A DNA stretch of 64,000 bases, from positions 124,001 through 188,000 of the forward strand of contig JASANG010002792.1 of assembly GCA_030248215.1 (NCBI GenBank), in the 5' to 3' direction. A program made the translations under genes and the position numbers. Every line of letters starts with the position of its first letter. The first letter of the stretch is position 1. This stretch comes from Enoplolaimus lenunculus. Taxonomy: Eukaryota. Under the pieces are notes generated by a model. It was not told where the DNA came from. It did not search any database and was given only the letters and a program-made list of their open reading frames with translations. Below, piece by piece: positions 63,407 to 64,000 of the stretch.

Positions 63407-63468
63407 GCATTTATGGTGGACCATGTAAAGATCAGGGTCTCAACGGTTTTCTATGCGACTGCAATAGA
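63407..63468 (+). other. Possible isolated EGF-like exon
   Basis: AG/GT-bounded segment encoding (C)IYGGPCKDQGLNGFLCDCNR with EGF-like cysteine spacing. No partner exons identified. Confidence 0.3.
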
Positions 63469-64000
63469 GTATGCTTAAGCTTTATACTTTTTTAGTTCGA
63501 TATCGGGCTTATTAGCAGATAAACTGTTACTAGTGGAAAAGGAACAGAATGTGCCCCAAACTGCCCCAGGTTTAATCGTGCACCCCGCAGGTTCTCTTGT
63601 TAAGGCCGAAAACTGTATTAAAAGCACTTCATTTAAAGCTTTAGCGGTTCCAGTAATGAGCTAAGAGTCTTGAAAATGCGGTGGGTTAAAGGGGGCGGCA
63701 GCCGTTTGGAATGGAAATTAAAATATGCCCATACCACATTAGTTCGTAAATGTGTGGGGACTATTTTGGGGAGGGTAAACTATACAAGAATATATATACC
63801 CGAAATATGGGGGGTTTCGTGTATAGAAAACACCAATTACATATATCTTAATCAATATGTACAGTGGAATCAAGTTCTATTTCTGTTTCTATGCTTCTTG
63901 ATTTATTTTGCTTTTTAGGGGGCGGTAGGAATTCTGCAATACATATTTTTATACATTTTTGTTTTATAATAATGGCTCACATGAATGGTAGTTGCGTAGA

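Overview
AT-rich, repeat-dense genomic DNA from an animal with GT-AG introns. Abundant (TTAGGC)n tracts weakly hint at a nematode. Hand-spliced host genes are an 11-exon clan-2 cytochrome P450 (+), DNA primase large subunit PRIM2 (-), NECAP (+), an unusual 5-exon gene encoding two tandem SKP1/ElonginC-like BTB domains (+), and NDUFAF7 (+). There is also an indel-riddled Hox-class homeobox exon (-). The standout feature is an L1/Tx1-type non-LTR retrotransposon with both ORFs intact (about 43.6-49.2 kb). Its ORF1 (RRM-like + CCHC knuckle + polyQ linker) ends in a NADAR/YbiA-like (DUF1768) domain, a family of ADP-ribose/N-glycosidase enzymes not normally expected in a LINE ORF1. A diverged 3' fragment of a related LINE follows in tandem. 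The rest is MITEs (hAT-like with 8-bp TSDs, TA-targeting, long-TIR), tRNA-derived SINE-like heads and a 1.5-kb GGGACAGT minisatellite. All domain calls come from motif recognition by eye; no searches were run.
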